This document shows, one piece after another, positions 38,430 to 47,745 of a stretch of DNA of 64,000 nucleotides. Where the stretch lies: positions 43,106-107,105 of the forward strand of contig NZ_BPFI01000001.1 of assembly GCF_019972135.1 (NCBI RefSeq), given 5' to 3'. The translations under genes were made by a program, and so were the position numbers. The notes below the pieces were generated by a model, which searched no databases, was not told the origin of the DNA, and saw nothing but the letters and a program-made list of their open reading frames with translations. This DNA comes from Sulfurovum sp. TSL1 (GTDB taxonomy: Bacteria > Campylobacterota > Campylobacteria > Campylobacterales > Sulfurovaceae). The number at the start of each line of letters is the position of its first letter. Position 1 is the stretch's first letter.

Positions 38430-40166
38430 ATGAGCTATAATACTTTTATGAAACAAAAAACAGCACTAGAGATACTAAAATCAGGCAAAAATGTATTTAT
38501 CACCGGTTCAGCGGGGACAGGGAAGACCTATCTTCTTAATCTCTATACACAGTACTTAAAAGAGCGCAGGGTTTACCCCACCATTGTCGCACCCACTGGT
38601 ATAGCAGCATCGCATTTGGGTGGTCAGACGATACATTCATTTTTCGCTTTGGGTATACGTGACAGTATAGATGAGGGGTATGTAGATTTTTTGTTGGAGA
38701 AAAAGTACCTCAAAACACGTTTTTCTAAACTCAAACTTCTTATCATTGATGAAGTTTCTATGATCTCACCAGAGATATTTTCTTCTATGGATCTGATACT
38801 GCGTGGTTTCAAGGGTACAGATGCTCCTTTTGGTGGGGTACAAGTAGTGATCTCTGGGGACTTTTTTCAGTTACCGCCTGTCTCAAAAGTACCTAAAGAG
38901 AAGCGTTTTGCATGGCAGTCTCCTGCATGGAAAGCACTCGACCTACATACCTGTTACCTGGAAGAAAAGTTTAGACAAGATGATGACAGACTCATCGGCA
39001 TACTTGATGACATACGTTCCGGTGAAATCTCCGCCTCATCGGAAGCACTACTGGCAAGCAGACATGAAAAAGAACTGAGCACTGCTACACCTACCAAACT
39101 CTACACCCATAATGTAGATGTAGATCGTATAAATAAAGAGGAACTAGAGAAGCTGGAGGGTGAGCCTAAACTGTTTGTATGTGATCATAAAGGAAGTGAA
39201 AAGAACATAGAGAAGATCTTTAAATCCTCTTTGGTTTTAGAAGAGTTGGCGCTTAAAAAGGGTGCGGTTGTCATCTTCATAAAAAACAATGCAGAAGAGG
39301 GCTATGTCAATGGTACCACCGGAACAGTGCAAAGCTTCAGCCCCATAGATAACATGCCCATTGTACGAACGACAGAAGGGAAGAAAATTAAGTTGGAGCC
39401 AGAAGACTGGTCACTTGAGAACGATAGTGGCAAGATCACAGCGACTGTCTCACAAGTACCTTTGCGTTTGGCATGGGCCATCACCATCCATAAGTCACAA
39501 GGTATGACACTTGATGCTGCGGAGATAGACTTGAGTAAAACATTTGAGACAGGACAGGGGTATGTGGCACTTTCACGGATCAAGAACATCGAAGGTTTAC
39601 GGCTTATGGGCTTAAACCCTATGGCCTTGCGGGTAGACCCTCTCATTTTGCATATAGATGAGCGCATTAAAATGGCATCGAAGAAGGCCAGTGATAGCAT
39701 AGAAGCATTGACAAGAGAGAGCTTGGAAAACCTTTTTGAAAGTCATATCTCAAAGCTTGGCGGCATGGTAAGTAAAGAAAAGATAGACGAAGAGATACAA
39801 AACATCAAAGAGGGTAAACCCTCACACTCAGCCTATGTCACACCTACATATATGAAGACAAAACATCTCATAGCAAAGTCAGATACGCTCATAAAACTGG
39901 CACAAAATAGAGGTTTGGGTAAAAGTACCATCGTGCAGCATCTCGCACGTATAAAAGAAGAAACCCCTGAGATAGATCTGGACAAATACAAACCTAAAGA
40001 TGGCATCTTTGAACGTGTAGATGATGCAGTGTTAAAGCTAAAAACGAAGCACTTAAAAGAGAACTTTTCAGAAGATGGCAAGCTGCGTTTAAAGCCACTA
40101 TTTGAAGCACTAGATGGCGATGTGAATTATGATGACTTACGGGTTTGCATGTTGTTCTTGGCATAA
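38430..40166 (+). CDS. Pif1/RecD-family ATP-dependent DNA helicase with ~150-aa C-terminal extension
   Basis: Walker A GSAGTGKT, Walker B IIDEVSMI, SF1B helicase motifs through ~residue 420, then an additional C-terminal domain. Confidence 0.7.
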   Translation: MSYNTFMKQKTALEILKSGKNVFITGSAGTGKTYLLNLYTQYLKERRVYPTIVAPTGIAASHLGGQTIHSFFALGIRDSIDEGYVDFLLEKKYLKTRFSKLKLLIIDEVSMISPEIFSSMDLILRGFKGTDAPFGGVQVVISGDFFQLPPVSKVPKEKRFAWQSPAWKALDLHTCYLEEKFRQDDDRLIGILDDIRSGEISASSEALLASRHEKELSTATPTKLYTHNVDVDRINKEELEKLEGEPKLFVCDHKGSEKNIEKIFKSSLVLEELALKKGAVVIFIKNNAEEGYVNGTTGTVQSFSPIDNMPIVRTTEGKKIKLEPEDWSLENDSGKITATVSQVPLRLAWAITIHKSQGMTLDAAEIDLSKTFETGQGYVALSRIKNIEGLRLMGLNPMALRVDPLILHIDERIKMASKKASDSIEALTRESLENLFESHISKLGGMVSKEKIDEEIQNIKEGKPSHSAYVTPTYMKTKHLIAKSDTLIKLAQNRGLGKSTIVQHLARIKEETPEIDLDKYKPKDGIFERVDDAVLKLKTKHLKENFSEDGKLRLKPLFEALDGDVNYDDLRVCMLFLA

Positions 40167-40853
40167 ATGATGACTTTTTCCAAACAGATACTGGACTTTT
40201 ACTTCACGATGCGAAATGATATGCCTTTGCCTAATGGGGTAGAGACCATCTACCCGTTTGACAATGTAGAAACAAAAAGAGTGATGGAAACATTTTTTAA
40301 CAAATACTATGATGATACTAGACCCCGCACCTATCTTGTCGGCATAAATCCCGGCAGACTTGGTTCTGGAATTACAGGCATTGGGTTTGCAGATGCGTAC
40401 CATTTGGATAACTACTGTGACATAGCCAGCAGCTTTGACAAGCGTGTAGAGATATCTGCAGCGTTTATGTTCGAAGTGATTGAAGCATATGGCGGGGTAG
40501 AGAAATTCTATAAAGATTTTTTCTTTACAACGGTTATGCCCTTAGGACTTCTGAAAAATGACAAAAATTATAACTACTATGATGACCTACAAACACAAAC
40601 GGCCTTAGAACCTTTTATAGAAGAGACCTTACTGAAGCAGCTCTCATTCCCTCAGGCAAAACCAAACATCATCTGTGTAGGACAAGGGAAAAATCTCAAA
40701 TACCTCAAAGCCTTTAACGACAAGCATCACTGTTTTAACAGCATAGAAGTTGTGCCTCATCCTCGTTGGGTGATGCAGTATAGACGTAAGGAGAAACAGA
40801 AGTATATAGATACTTATTTAGAGGCTTTCGAGAGCATGATGAAAATGGGTTAA
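40167..40853 (+). CDS. Uracil-DNA glycosylase superfamily protein, SMUG-like (DUF4918-like)
   Basis: LVGINPGRLGSGITGIGFAD resembles the SMUG1 motif GMNPGPFGMAQTGVPFGE. The start codon overlaps the helicase stop. Confidence 0.45.
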   Translation: MMTFSKQILDFYFTMRNDMPLPNGVETIYPFDNVETKRVMETFFNKYYDDTRPRTYLVGINPGRLGSGITGIGFADAYHLDNYCDIASSFDKRVEISAAFMFEVIEAYGGVEKFYKDFFFTTVMPLGLLKNDKNYNYYDDLQTQTALEPFIEETLLKQLSFPQAKPNIICVGQGKNLKYLKAFNDKHHCFNSIEVVPHPRWVMQYRRKEKQKYIDTYLEAFESMMKMG

Positions 40854-40870
40854 TAGTGCCTAATGACCAT

Positions 40871-41302
40871 TTAGATGAGGCTCTCAGCCCACAAACTGAG
40901 CTCAACTCTGGAAAGTTGGCTGCTTATACGGTTGACTTCCTGGCCTTTTTTAAAGGCGATGATGGTAGGAAGCGCACTCACTCCATACTCTTTGGCGACC
41001 TTCTGGTATGTATCGGCATTTATTTTGAGAAATCTCACTTTTAATCCAAAACCCAGAGCCGCATCTTCATAATCATCATACATTGCCATACAAGGGCCAC
41101 AAGTGGATGAATAAAAATCAACTAGCACTGCTATGTCATTTTCAATGATATGGGTCGTACAGCTCTCATCAGTTACTTCAACCGGAAAGGGGTCATCTAG
41201 ATCTACTTGACATTCTGAACAGGGAATTGACTCATTCCTAACTTCACTTTTAACGGTGTTGACACTGTTGCACTCAGGGCATACGATTTTGAGAGTTTCC
41301 AT
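40871..41302 (-). CDS. trxC: Thioredoxin 2 (TrxC-type, N-terminal zinc-finger extension)
   Basis: N-terminal CPEC...CSEC zinc finger followed by a thioredoxin fold with a CGPC active site. Confidence 0.75.
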   Translation of the reverse strand: METLKIVCPECNSVNTVKSEVRNESIPCSECQVDLDDPFPVEVTDESCTTHIIENDIAVLVDFYSSTCGPCMAMYDDYEDAALGFGLKVRFLKINADTYQKVAKEYGVSALPTIIAFKKGQEVNRISSQLSRVELSLWAESLI

Positions 41303-41584
41303 GATTGACCTTTGGATAAAATATGTAGGAAGTATACACTTTTCTTAGCAAAATCAGGGTCAGGTAACGAAAACCTACATTTAAATGTGATTATACATCT
41401 TGATTAAACCCTGTTGCAGCTTCTTTTTGCTGTTCTTGCCTAGTAGTGATGATAATAAGAAAATGATGTTATCATTCCGTAAGTTAAGGTGCTGCAAAAT
41501 AGGGAGTCTTCTATATTTGGTTTTCCCTCTATTTTATGCATACCTTATAACCCTAAAGTATGATTATTTTGTTTAGATAATGTA

Positions 41585-41938
41585 ATGATCAAAAGGAAAC
41601 ACTTTATGTATACCGTACAAATGGAAAAAGAATGTGAATGTTTAAAAAAAAGTGAATACTCGAATATTCATACGTTTAAAACACAGCAGGATGCATATAA
41701 TTATGCCAATATCGTCGCTGAACTTATGAATGAAGAGTTTTGTGGTAAACATACTTTCTATTCACAAAGAGCTGAAGGTGATAACTTTGTCATTAGAGTG
41801 GCCATCAATGCTACTTATGTCTCTGGTTGTAGTACTGGCGTTAGTTGTGATGTGGGTTGTGGCTCTACTGATGATTGGACTCTTGAGTCTACAGATAACG
41901 TCAATAATAGCTGTGGTACTGGTTGTGGCTGCGCTTAA
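41585..41938 (+). CDS. Small protein with Cys/Gly/Ser/Thr-rich C-terminal tail (metallothionein-like or RiPP-precursor-like)
   Basis: 117-aa ORF. C-terminus GCSTGVSCDVGCGSTDDWTLESTDNVNNSCGTGCGCA. The N-terminal region also carries a CEC motif. The underlying DNA shows internal GGTTGTGGCT repeats. Confidence 0.4.
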   Translation: MIKRKHFMYTVQMEKECECLKKSEYSNIHTFKTQQDAYNYANIVAELMNEEFCGKHTFYSQRAEGDNFVIRVAINATYVSGCSTGVSCDVGCGSTDDWTLESTDNVNNSCGTGCGCA

Positions 41939-42015
41939 AAGAAAGTGTTTCAACCTCATGCAATGTTATGGCTAAAAGTAGTTTAGATTAATAGTTAAAA
42001 TATATAGGAGTAAAT

Positions 42016-42378
42016 ATGGCACTCACTAAAGAAGAAAAAAACAGAGAAGCGATCAATTCTTTTTTAAAGAATAATGACATCGACCCCAACACTGCTATGG
42101 GTTATGATAATAAACTTGAAACAAGATATTATGTTGGCGATAGTAGAAAGTTTGCAGAAGAAACAAGAATAGGGTTTAACATTGTTGGTACAAGCGATAT
42201 TAATGTAACTTTTTATGAGATAAATGATATTGAGTTTGAAACAGCATTTAAGATCACAGAACAGATGTTTAGTTATGACGAAGTCAATGAGACCTTAACA
42301 ATTACTGGGGATACTTCTAAAAAGCATAATGGACCGTATAAAATTATTATTAGCAGTATCTATCTGGATCTCTCTTAA
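42016..42378 (+). CDS. Hypothetical protein (120 aa)
   Basis: ORF only. No motif recognised. Confidence 0.35.
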   Translation: MALTKEEKNREAINSFLKNNDIDPNTAMGYDNKLETRYYVGDSRKFAEETRIGFNIVGTSDINVTFYEINDIEFETAFKITEQMFSYDEVNETLTITGDTSKKHNGPYKIIISSIYLDLS

Positions 42379-42413
42379 AAAATAAAAAGAGGATAGGCCG
42401 GATTATTCTACTA

Positions 42414-43427
42414 TCAAAGAAAAGTTAATTCGCAAACTACTTGTGCATGATCACTTTTAAGTAAAGAACCATCTTTGTTTTCTTGCAGATGCTCATCTAG
42501 GACAGTATAGTCAGTCACCTCTGCAATCTTATTTTCATTCTTTTTATGAAAATCATTTGAGATAAAAATGTAGTCCAATACATTTCCTTTTCCCAGAAAA
42601 TAACTCGTAGCCTTTCTTTTTACTTCTTTTGCTTCTGGGTGTGGGTTATACACCTCTGGTGTGTACTCATAACTTGCATCATGCAAGAGAAGAGCTTCCT
42701 TGCTTTTATCATCATAGTATTTGTGATTTGTTAATGCATCAATGGTCAGTGAAAACTCTTTATCATTTAGGTCACACATCAAAACGGTGGGTTGATTTTT
42801 GCATTTTTGTATATCATAAAAAAGTGAAGATACCTCGCATAACCTTTGTTTTAAAGATTTGGAATAGTTACCTTCTAACGCTTTTGATACCTGTTCCTTT
42901 TTATGCTCTAATGTATGGCTCTCATTAAATACGTATTCAAATTCATTGAGTCTATTTGATTTTAAATGACATACATACACTAAAAGTTCTTTTTTGTCAG
43001 GAAGTGTTATCGTTGCCTTTATGGGGACTCTGGAAAATTTGAAAGGGTCTTTATCGTCCTTTCCAAAGTGATACTTATCAATGCTGGGTTGATGTACTTC
43101 TACTGCTTGTATGTTTGATATTGGGTATTTTGAGGCAATGGCAACGGTAGTCGTAACATATTTATATCGGTTATTTGTACTTAATTTTGCCGTATCAACA
43201 ATTTTAAAATATGTAAAACCCAAGTCTTTAACAAGATGTCTTAAAGCCTTTCTTGAAAATACTTCTTGAAACCCGATGATATCACAATCCATTTTTAGAA
43301 TTTGATGCTTTATCCATGTGGTTTTTTCAACCCATTGCCGCGCATTGAATTTATCTTTTTTTGTATACCAGGAGTAGGGAGGCTCTACAAATTGAAAAAG
43401 GTTAAATGTACCTAGTCTTATTTTCAT
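42414..43427 (-). CDS. Endonuclease/exonuclease/phosphatase (EEP) family protein
   Basis: N-terminal LGTFNL and catalytic DIIGFQEV motifs. C-terminal SDH of the EEP fold. Confidence 0.6.
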   Translation of the reverse strand: MKIRLGTFNLFQFVEPPYSWYTKKDKFNARQWVEKTTWIKHQILKMDCDIIGFQEVFSRKALRHLVKDLGFTYFKIVDTAKLSTNNRYKYVTTTVAIASKYPISNIQAVEVHQPSIDKYHFGKDDKDPFKFSRVPIKATITLPDKKELLVYVCHLKSNRLNEFEYVFNESHTLEHKKEQVSKALEGNYSKSLKQRLCEVSSLFYDIQKCKNQPTVLMCDLNDKEFSLTIDALTNHKYYDDKSKEALLLHDASYEYTPEVYNPHPEAKEVKRKATSYFLGKGNVLDYIFISNDFHKKNENKIAEVTDYTVLDEHLQENKDGSLLKSDHAQVVCELTFL

Positions 43428-43435
43428 GACGGAAA

Positions 43436-43942
43436 TTATAAAACTCTCTTATCTAAAATAAAATCTACTATAACATGTATAAAAGTCTGTATAGTTTGAT
43501 TTGCATCAACACGGAAGGTTGCCAGCTCTTTATAGGTATCCATACGCTCGGCAAACAACGCCTTAGCCCTGGATTCATCTTGAAGTAAAGGTCGTTTATC
43601 GCGTTCCTTTGCCGGTAAGCGGTTTAATATAACATCAAAGTCAGCATCTAGATACACAATAAGTGACTTCTCTGGTATAGCACTATGTATAGGCAGTCCG
43701 CCACCTGTAGCGATCACTTGACCCTTCTGTTGTGTGAGTGCATCAATACATTTTTGTTCAAGACCGCGAAAATACGCTTCACCTTTGTTTTCAAAAATCT
43801 CAGAAACACTACTCTTTTGCTCCGCTTCAATCCTACCATCAACATCTACAAATTTTTTCTGTAGTTGCCTTGCAAGAATTTTACCCACAGCAGTTTTACC
43901 GCTTCCCATAAAGCCTATTAAAACGATGTTATCGTAGACCAA
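43436..43942 (-). CDS. aroK: Shikimate kinase
   Basis: IVLIGFMGSGKTAVGK Walker A, DVD lid, ~168 aa. Confidence 0.8.
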   Translation of the reverse strand: MVYDNIVLIGFMGSGKTAVGKILARQLQKKFVDVDGRIEAEQKSSVSEIFENKGEAYFRGLEQKCIDALTQQKGQVIATGGGLPIHSAIPEKSLIVYLDADFDVILNRLPAKERDKRPLLQDESRAKALFAERMDTYKELATFRVDANQTIQTFIHVIVDFILDKRVL

Positions 43943-44088
43943 TCTGTACCCCTTTTACTATTTTCATAAGCGTGACTATACTGTAATACTCTTTATGTGG
44001 TATGAGTGATTGAACCCACTTGCCATACACTCCCTCAAGATGATGGGAGTGAGAAGATGTATTCATTATTTCACTACGTGATAACCCC

Positions 44089-44955
44089 TTAACTCTCCAC
44101 AGGTTTCGTGATCAAGTACCCACCTGCAAGTACAGGGATAATGCCTAAGACTTGACGAAGTTCTGGCACTTCATGGAGGTAGAAGTAGGCAAAGATAAGT
44201 GTCATCATAGGGACCAGTCCCAGCATGGCAGAAAGTTTGGTGATGGTTGTACGGTGTAATGCTTCTATCCACATGATCTTTGAAACGACATAGATCAAAA
44301 TGCCGATAAAAAGTAAAGAAGGCAGAGCCGATACAAAGGCATCGTATTGTACCGCAGGTTCAAAAGCCCATGCCATAAGGGCTATAAAAGGCAGACCCAC
44401 GAATGTTCTAAAACCTAAAATGGTCTCTGAAGAACAAAATTCGCGTGCTCTTTTTTGGTAGAGATTGGCAAAAGGTGCAATGGCAGCGGCAACCAATATC
44501 AGCAGATCACCTTTATTGAGTGTAAGTTCATCAGGAATGAGGATGATGAGCGCTCCAATCCCCATAATAAAAGCGCCCCATACATGCAAGGTATGCATCT
44601 TCTCTTTCCCCAAGATATTAAAGTAGAGGTAAGAGAAAAGCAGCTGCAGGAATATAATGACCGCCATATTCCCTGCAGTCGTGTAACGCATTCCAATGAA
44701 AACAAGTGCAAAGAGTGAAGTGATCCAAAAGCTTGTAAGCAACAGATCTTTGTAAGCTGCTCTGTTCTTAAGCTCTTTAAATCTATCTCGTTTGAACATG
44801 ATCACGATAAAAAAGGCTAAAGCGATGAGAAGAGAGTAGGTATAGGTATGCAGTGCCCCTATATAAGAGATGGCGACGATAGAGAATATCGGAAACCAGG
44901 ACTCAAGCAGGGAAAGACCGACCATGAGTATTTCACCTTCTCTTTCCTTTGTCAT
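44089..44955 (-). CDS. EamA/DMT-family transporter
   Basis: 10 predicted TM helices in two EamA-like halves. Confidence 0.65.
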   Translation of the reverse strand: MTKEREGEILMVGLSLLESWFPIFSIVAISYIGALHTYTYSLLIALAFFIVIMFKRDRFKELKNRAAYKDLLLTSFWITSLFALVFIGMRYTTAGNMAVIIFLQLLFSYLYFNILGKEKMHTLHVWGAFIMGIGALIILIPDELTLNKGDLLILVAAAIAPFANLYQKRAREFCSSETILGFRTFVGLPFIALMAWAFEPAVQYDAFVSALPSLLFIGILIYVVSKIMWIEALHRTTITKLSAMLGLVPMMTLIFAYFYLHEVPELRQVLGIIPVLAGGYLITKPVES

Positions 44956-45273
44956 CTGTTACCTTTGCTTTTTAGTGTATTGTATCTAAAGTCTACTATA
45001 CGTAATGTACAACCTATCATATTAAACGACTCTTTGGACCTCCGGGTTTTGTCTTCATTGGTCCTGATGGTAAAGAGATCAAAGATGCAAAGTTTTACGG
45101 ATATCAAGAACCTGAAGAATTTTATGATACATTAGATCTGATAGCAGAGTAAAAAGGCTTCAAAAGCGTCAAATGTACACCTCTCTTTCCAAATGTTTTG
45201 GAAAGAGAGGTATTGTTGCCAAGTGACTGTGCATTTTAGTTATAATTTTTCAAATAAGAATAAAGGACAGATC

Positions 45274-45645
45274 ATGATGGAAGAATCATTAAATGTTTTG
45301 GGTGAACCCTTGGAGCCTTGCAGTCTGAAGCCTCTAACCGGCTTTCACAGAGATGGACATTGCAATACAGGTGATCATAATCCTGCGGTACATGCAGTGT
45401 GTATCTATGCAACAGAGGAATTCTTGGAATACTCTAAAGAAGTGGGAAATGATCTCTCTACACCGATACCGGAGTACAATTTTGCAGGGGTGAAACCTGG
45501 TCAAAGCTGGTGTCTTGGCGGTCATAGTTTTGTCAAAGCGCATCTAGATGGAAAGGCACCGCATATCTTCATCCATGCGACACATAAAAAAATGCTTGAA
45601 TTGATCGATCTGGAAACTTTGAAACAATATGCTATAGATCTATAG
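45274..45645 (+). CDS. DUF2237-like conserved hypothetical protein
   Basis: AAGGA SD 6 nt before ATG at 45274. Conserved-looking Cys/His pattern (CSLKPLTGFHRDGHCNTG...GNDLSTP). Family assignment is from memory. Confidence 0.4.
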   Translation: MMEESLNVLGEPLEPCSLKPLTGFHRDGHCNTGDHNPAVHAVCIYATEEFLEYSKEVGNDLSTPIPEYNFAGVKPGQSWCLGGHSFVKAHLDGKAPHIFIHATHKKMLELIDLETLKQYAIDL

Positions 45646-46070
45646 TATTCTATTCAAATTCTATGATAATGGATTTGGAGAAAAATAATATCTATCTGTC
45701 CCGTACGCTTTTCCTCTTGCTGAGAAGAATGACTTTCTGTTGAACACAAGAAAAGTTAGCGTACGGTCTTTACAGTGACAGTTACATAGTGCTTCACAGA
45801 GAAGGAAGACTAAATATAGCCGCCCACTTAAAGGAAGTTTTACTAGAAATGATTTCGTAGTTCTCTGTGTGCAAAACGTGATAAGTACGTTGGTCTATGC
45901 GTGTCACCTGGATTTCCAGATTTTCACTTAGTCGTCGCATTTCTGCGATGCCTCCGTAACTCTTACCAAGTCTGAGACATGAAGACCTCTTACCTATCTC
46001 CTAAACTTTAGGAATTTGTCACTGATTGATAGTAACAAATTTGTGTGCACTCTATGTGTAGTTCATAGTG

Positions 46071-47282
46071 TTAATCGATGAATAAATCCTGTTCACCTTT
46101 TTTAGGCATTCTACAACTCTCCATCTTTCCAAAGATCCTATAACGGTATGCAGCGATAAAGTCATAGATGGAGTCTCTTATAACCCTGGGAATGAGGTAA
46201 AACAGATTTGTAACTATCCATATGCCTCCCAAGGACCTGAGTATTCTAAGAATGGCAGTGGATCTGTAGTAGAGCGTACCGTTTTCATAAAAAACGATAC
46301 TGTCTATGTTCGGTTCCAAGGTCAATCTCTTTGCAAATTCACCTTGCAGGGAGGTATAGTGAAATATTTTTTGCGTATCTATGCGTATCAGTGTATCTAC
46401 GGATTTGTTACAGAAACCACAGACACCGTCAAAGATGATGACTCTTTGTTTCTCTTCAGTGTTAAACCATCTTGGATCAAACGTAAAGAGGTGTATCATC
46501 ATGACGCCAAATGTCAGGTCCGGGAAATCAACGATGGTTAAGATACCCAGATGCATTGCCATGATCATAAACCATGCGATGATCCGTGTCTTTGAAAAAA
46601 TGACTAAAAGAGCAAACCCTATCTCAAGTACAAGTGCTGACCATGTAAGTATTTGTCTAAAGAGTTCAGGTGTTGAAAGTAACAGGTCACGTATAAAATA
46701 GTCTCTGGCCAAAGGGTTATTGAGCAGGTGCGTGATCGCAGAACCGTCCATCCAGCTGGGTGCCATCGCTTTATCAATTCCGCTGATGGTGTAAGAAATA
46801 CCGACGATGACCCATGCACCCCAGTAAAGCACGGGTGGCATAGCCCATGATCCATCTTCTTTCTCCACACCCCATCCTTCGCCTTTCGGGATGAGTGCAA
46901 GGGCTAAGAGCAACCAACCGACCATGGGTAGTCCGGGGTTCAGTATGAGGTTGTTCTGGTGAAAAAGACAAGCCCATCCATACCATAAAAGCAGTGCAGA
47001 GGTACGTCTGAAAAAGCCTATCATGATACAAAAAGAAAGCAGCGCCATCACAGAGACAAAAAGAGTGACTGACATTGTATCATCAAAGAGGTAGAGTATG
47101 TTCGGAAACGTTCCATAGGTCAGGTTGAACCTGACATCAGATATCAACCCTGAACTGCTCCATATCTCTGCGGCAACAGGTATGAGATAGAGAAAATGGA
47201 TAAGCAGGTAAAGCCCGAAAATCACTCTAAAGATAGCAAACTGATACGCAGGATAATAGAGATCTGAAGATTTACCTGTCAT
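46071..47282 (-). CDS. HTTM (vitamin-K-dependent gamma-carboxylase-like) membrane domain fused to DCC-family (DUF393) thiol-disulfide oxidoreductase
   Basis: N-terminal ~290-aa polytopic domain starting AIFRVIFGLYLL (HTTM-like). C-terminal IIFDGVCGFCNKSVD motif of DUF393/DCC proteins. Confidence 0.55.
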   Translation of the reverse strand: MTGKSSDLYYPAYQFAIFRVIFGLYLLIHFLYLIPVAAEIWSSSGLISDVRFNLTYGTFPNILYLFDDTMSVTLFVSVMALLSFCIMIGFFRRTSALLLWYGWACLFHQNNLILNPGLPMVGWLLLALALIPKGEGWGVEKEDGSWAMPPVLYWGAWVIVGISYTISGIDKAMAPSWMDGSAITHLLNNPLARDYFIRDLLLSTPELFRQILTWSALVLEIGFALLVIFSKTRIIAWFMIMAMHLGILTIVDFPDLTFGVMMIHLFTFDPRWFNTEEKQRVIIFDGVCGFCNKSVDTLIRIDTQKIFHYTSLQGEFAKRLTLEPNIDSIVFYENGTLYYRSTAILRILRSLGGIWIVTNLFYLIPRVIRDSIYDFIAAYRYRIFGKMESCRMPKKGEQDLFID

Positions 47283-47745
47283 TTTCTTCTCCTATGGGTA
47301 AAACGTAGTGTTTGTTCTCATCTTTTGTTTTACTGTGAAGCTCCAGAGAGGCGTTTTTGATCTCACCCAAATGAAAGGCTTTGGAGAGGACTCCGGGGTG
47401 TATAAACGCATAGTCCAACACTGAACCTACAAGTTCTTTAGGGAGTATAGGACCATAAGAGATGGCTGCTCCAAGGACATTTCTATAGTTATACGGTTTA
47501 TCCAGCCGCGCATAGAGTTCAGGGGTTATCTTGATACGCTCTATCTTGTTGTCCTTTTCATAGACCAAAGTAAAATCCAGGGCAAACGTCTCCAAAAAAC
47601 CTTTTTGCTGGGTAAAGACGATGGGCAGGGGCGACGCTACTGTGATGAGTCCCAGGTTCTTGATGGTTTTGTTCCCTGTGATATGTCCTAAAGATTGCAG
47701 CAGCCCTATGCCTACAAGTAAGATAGAGAGTATTTTCAGTTTCAT
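47272..47745 (-). CDS. Secreted hypothetical protein
   Basis: Signal peptide. Overlaps both neighbours by 4 and 11 nt, so translationally coupled. Confidence 0.4.
   Translation of the reverse strand: MKLKILSILLVGIGLLQSLGHITGNKTIKNLGLITVASPLPIVFTQQKGFLETFALDFTLVYEKDNKIERIKITPELYARLDKPYNYRNVLGAAISYGPILPKELVGSVLDYAFIHPGVLSKAFHLGEIKNASLELHSKTKDENKHYVLPIGEENDR

Noticed and set aside
40856-41072. 62-65-aa plus-strand ORFs overlapping trxC
   Set aside because: Antisense to a well-supported thioredoxin with zinc-finger and CGPC motifs.
45690-46000. Considered tmRNA, RNase P RNA or SRP RNA in the long convergent spacer
   Set aside because: No tmRNA tag-reading frame or 3' CCA-acceptor-like end. No RNase P P4 or GGTAAGAGCGCACC core. 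A GAAGGAAG stretch resembles the SRP domain IV loop, but the flanking helices do not match. Kept only as an unclassified sRNA candidate.
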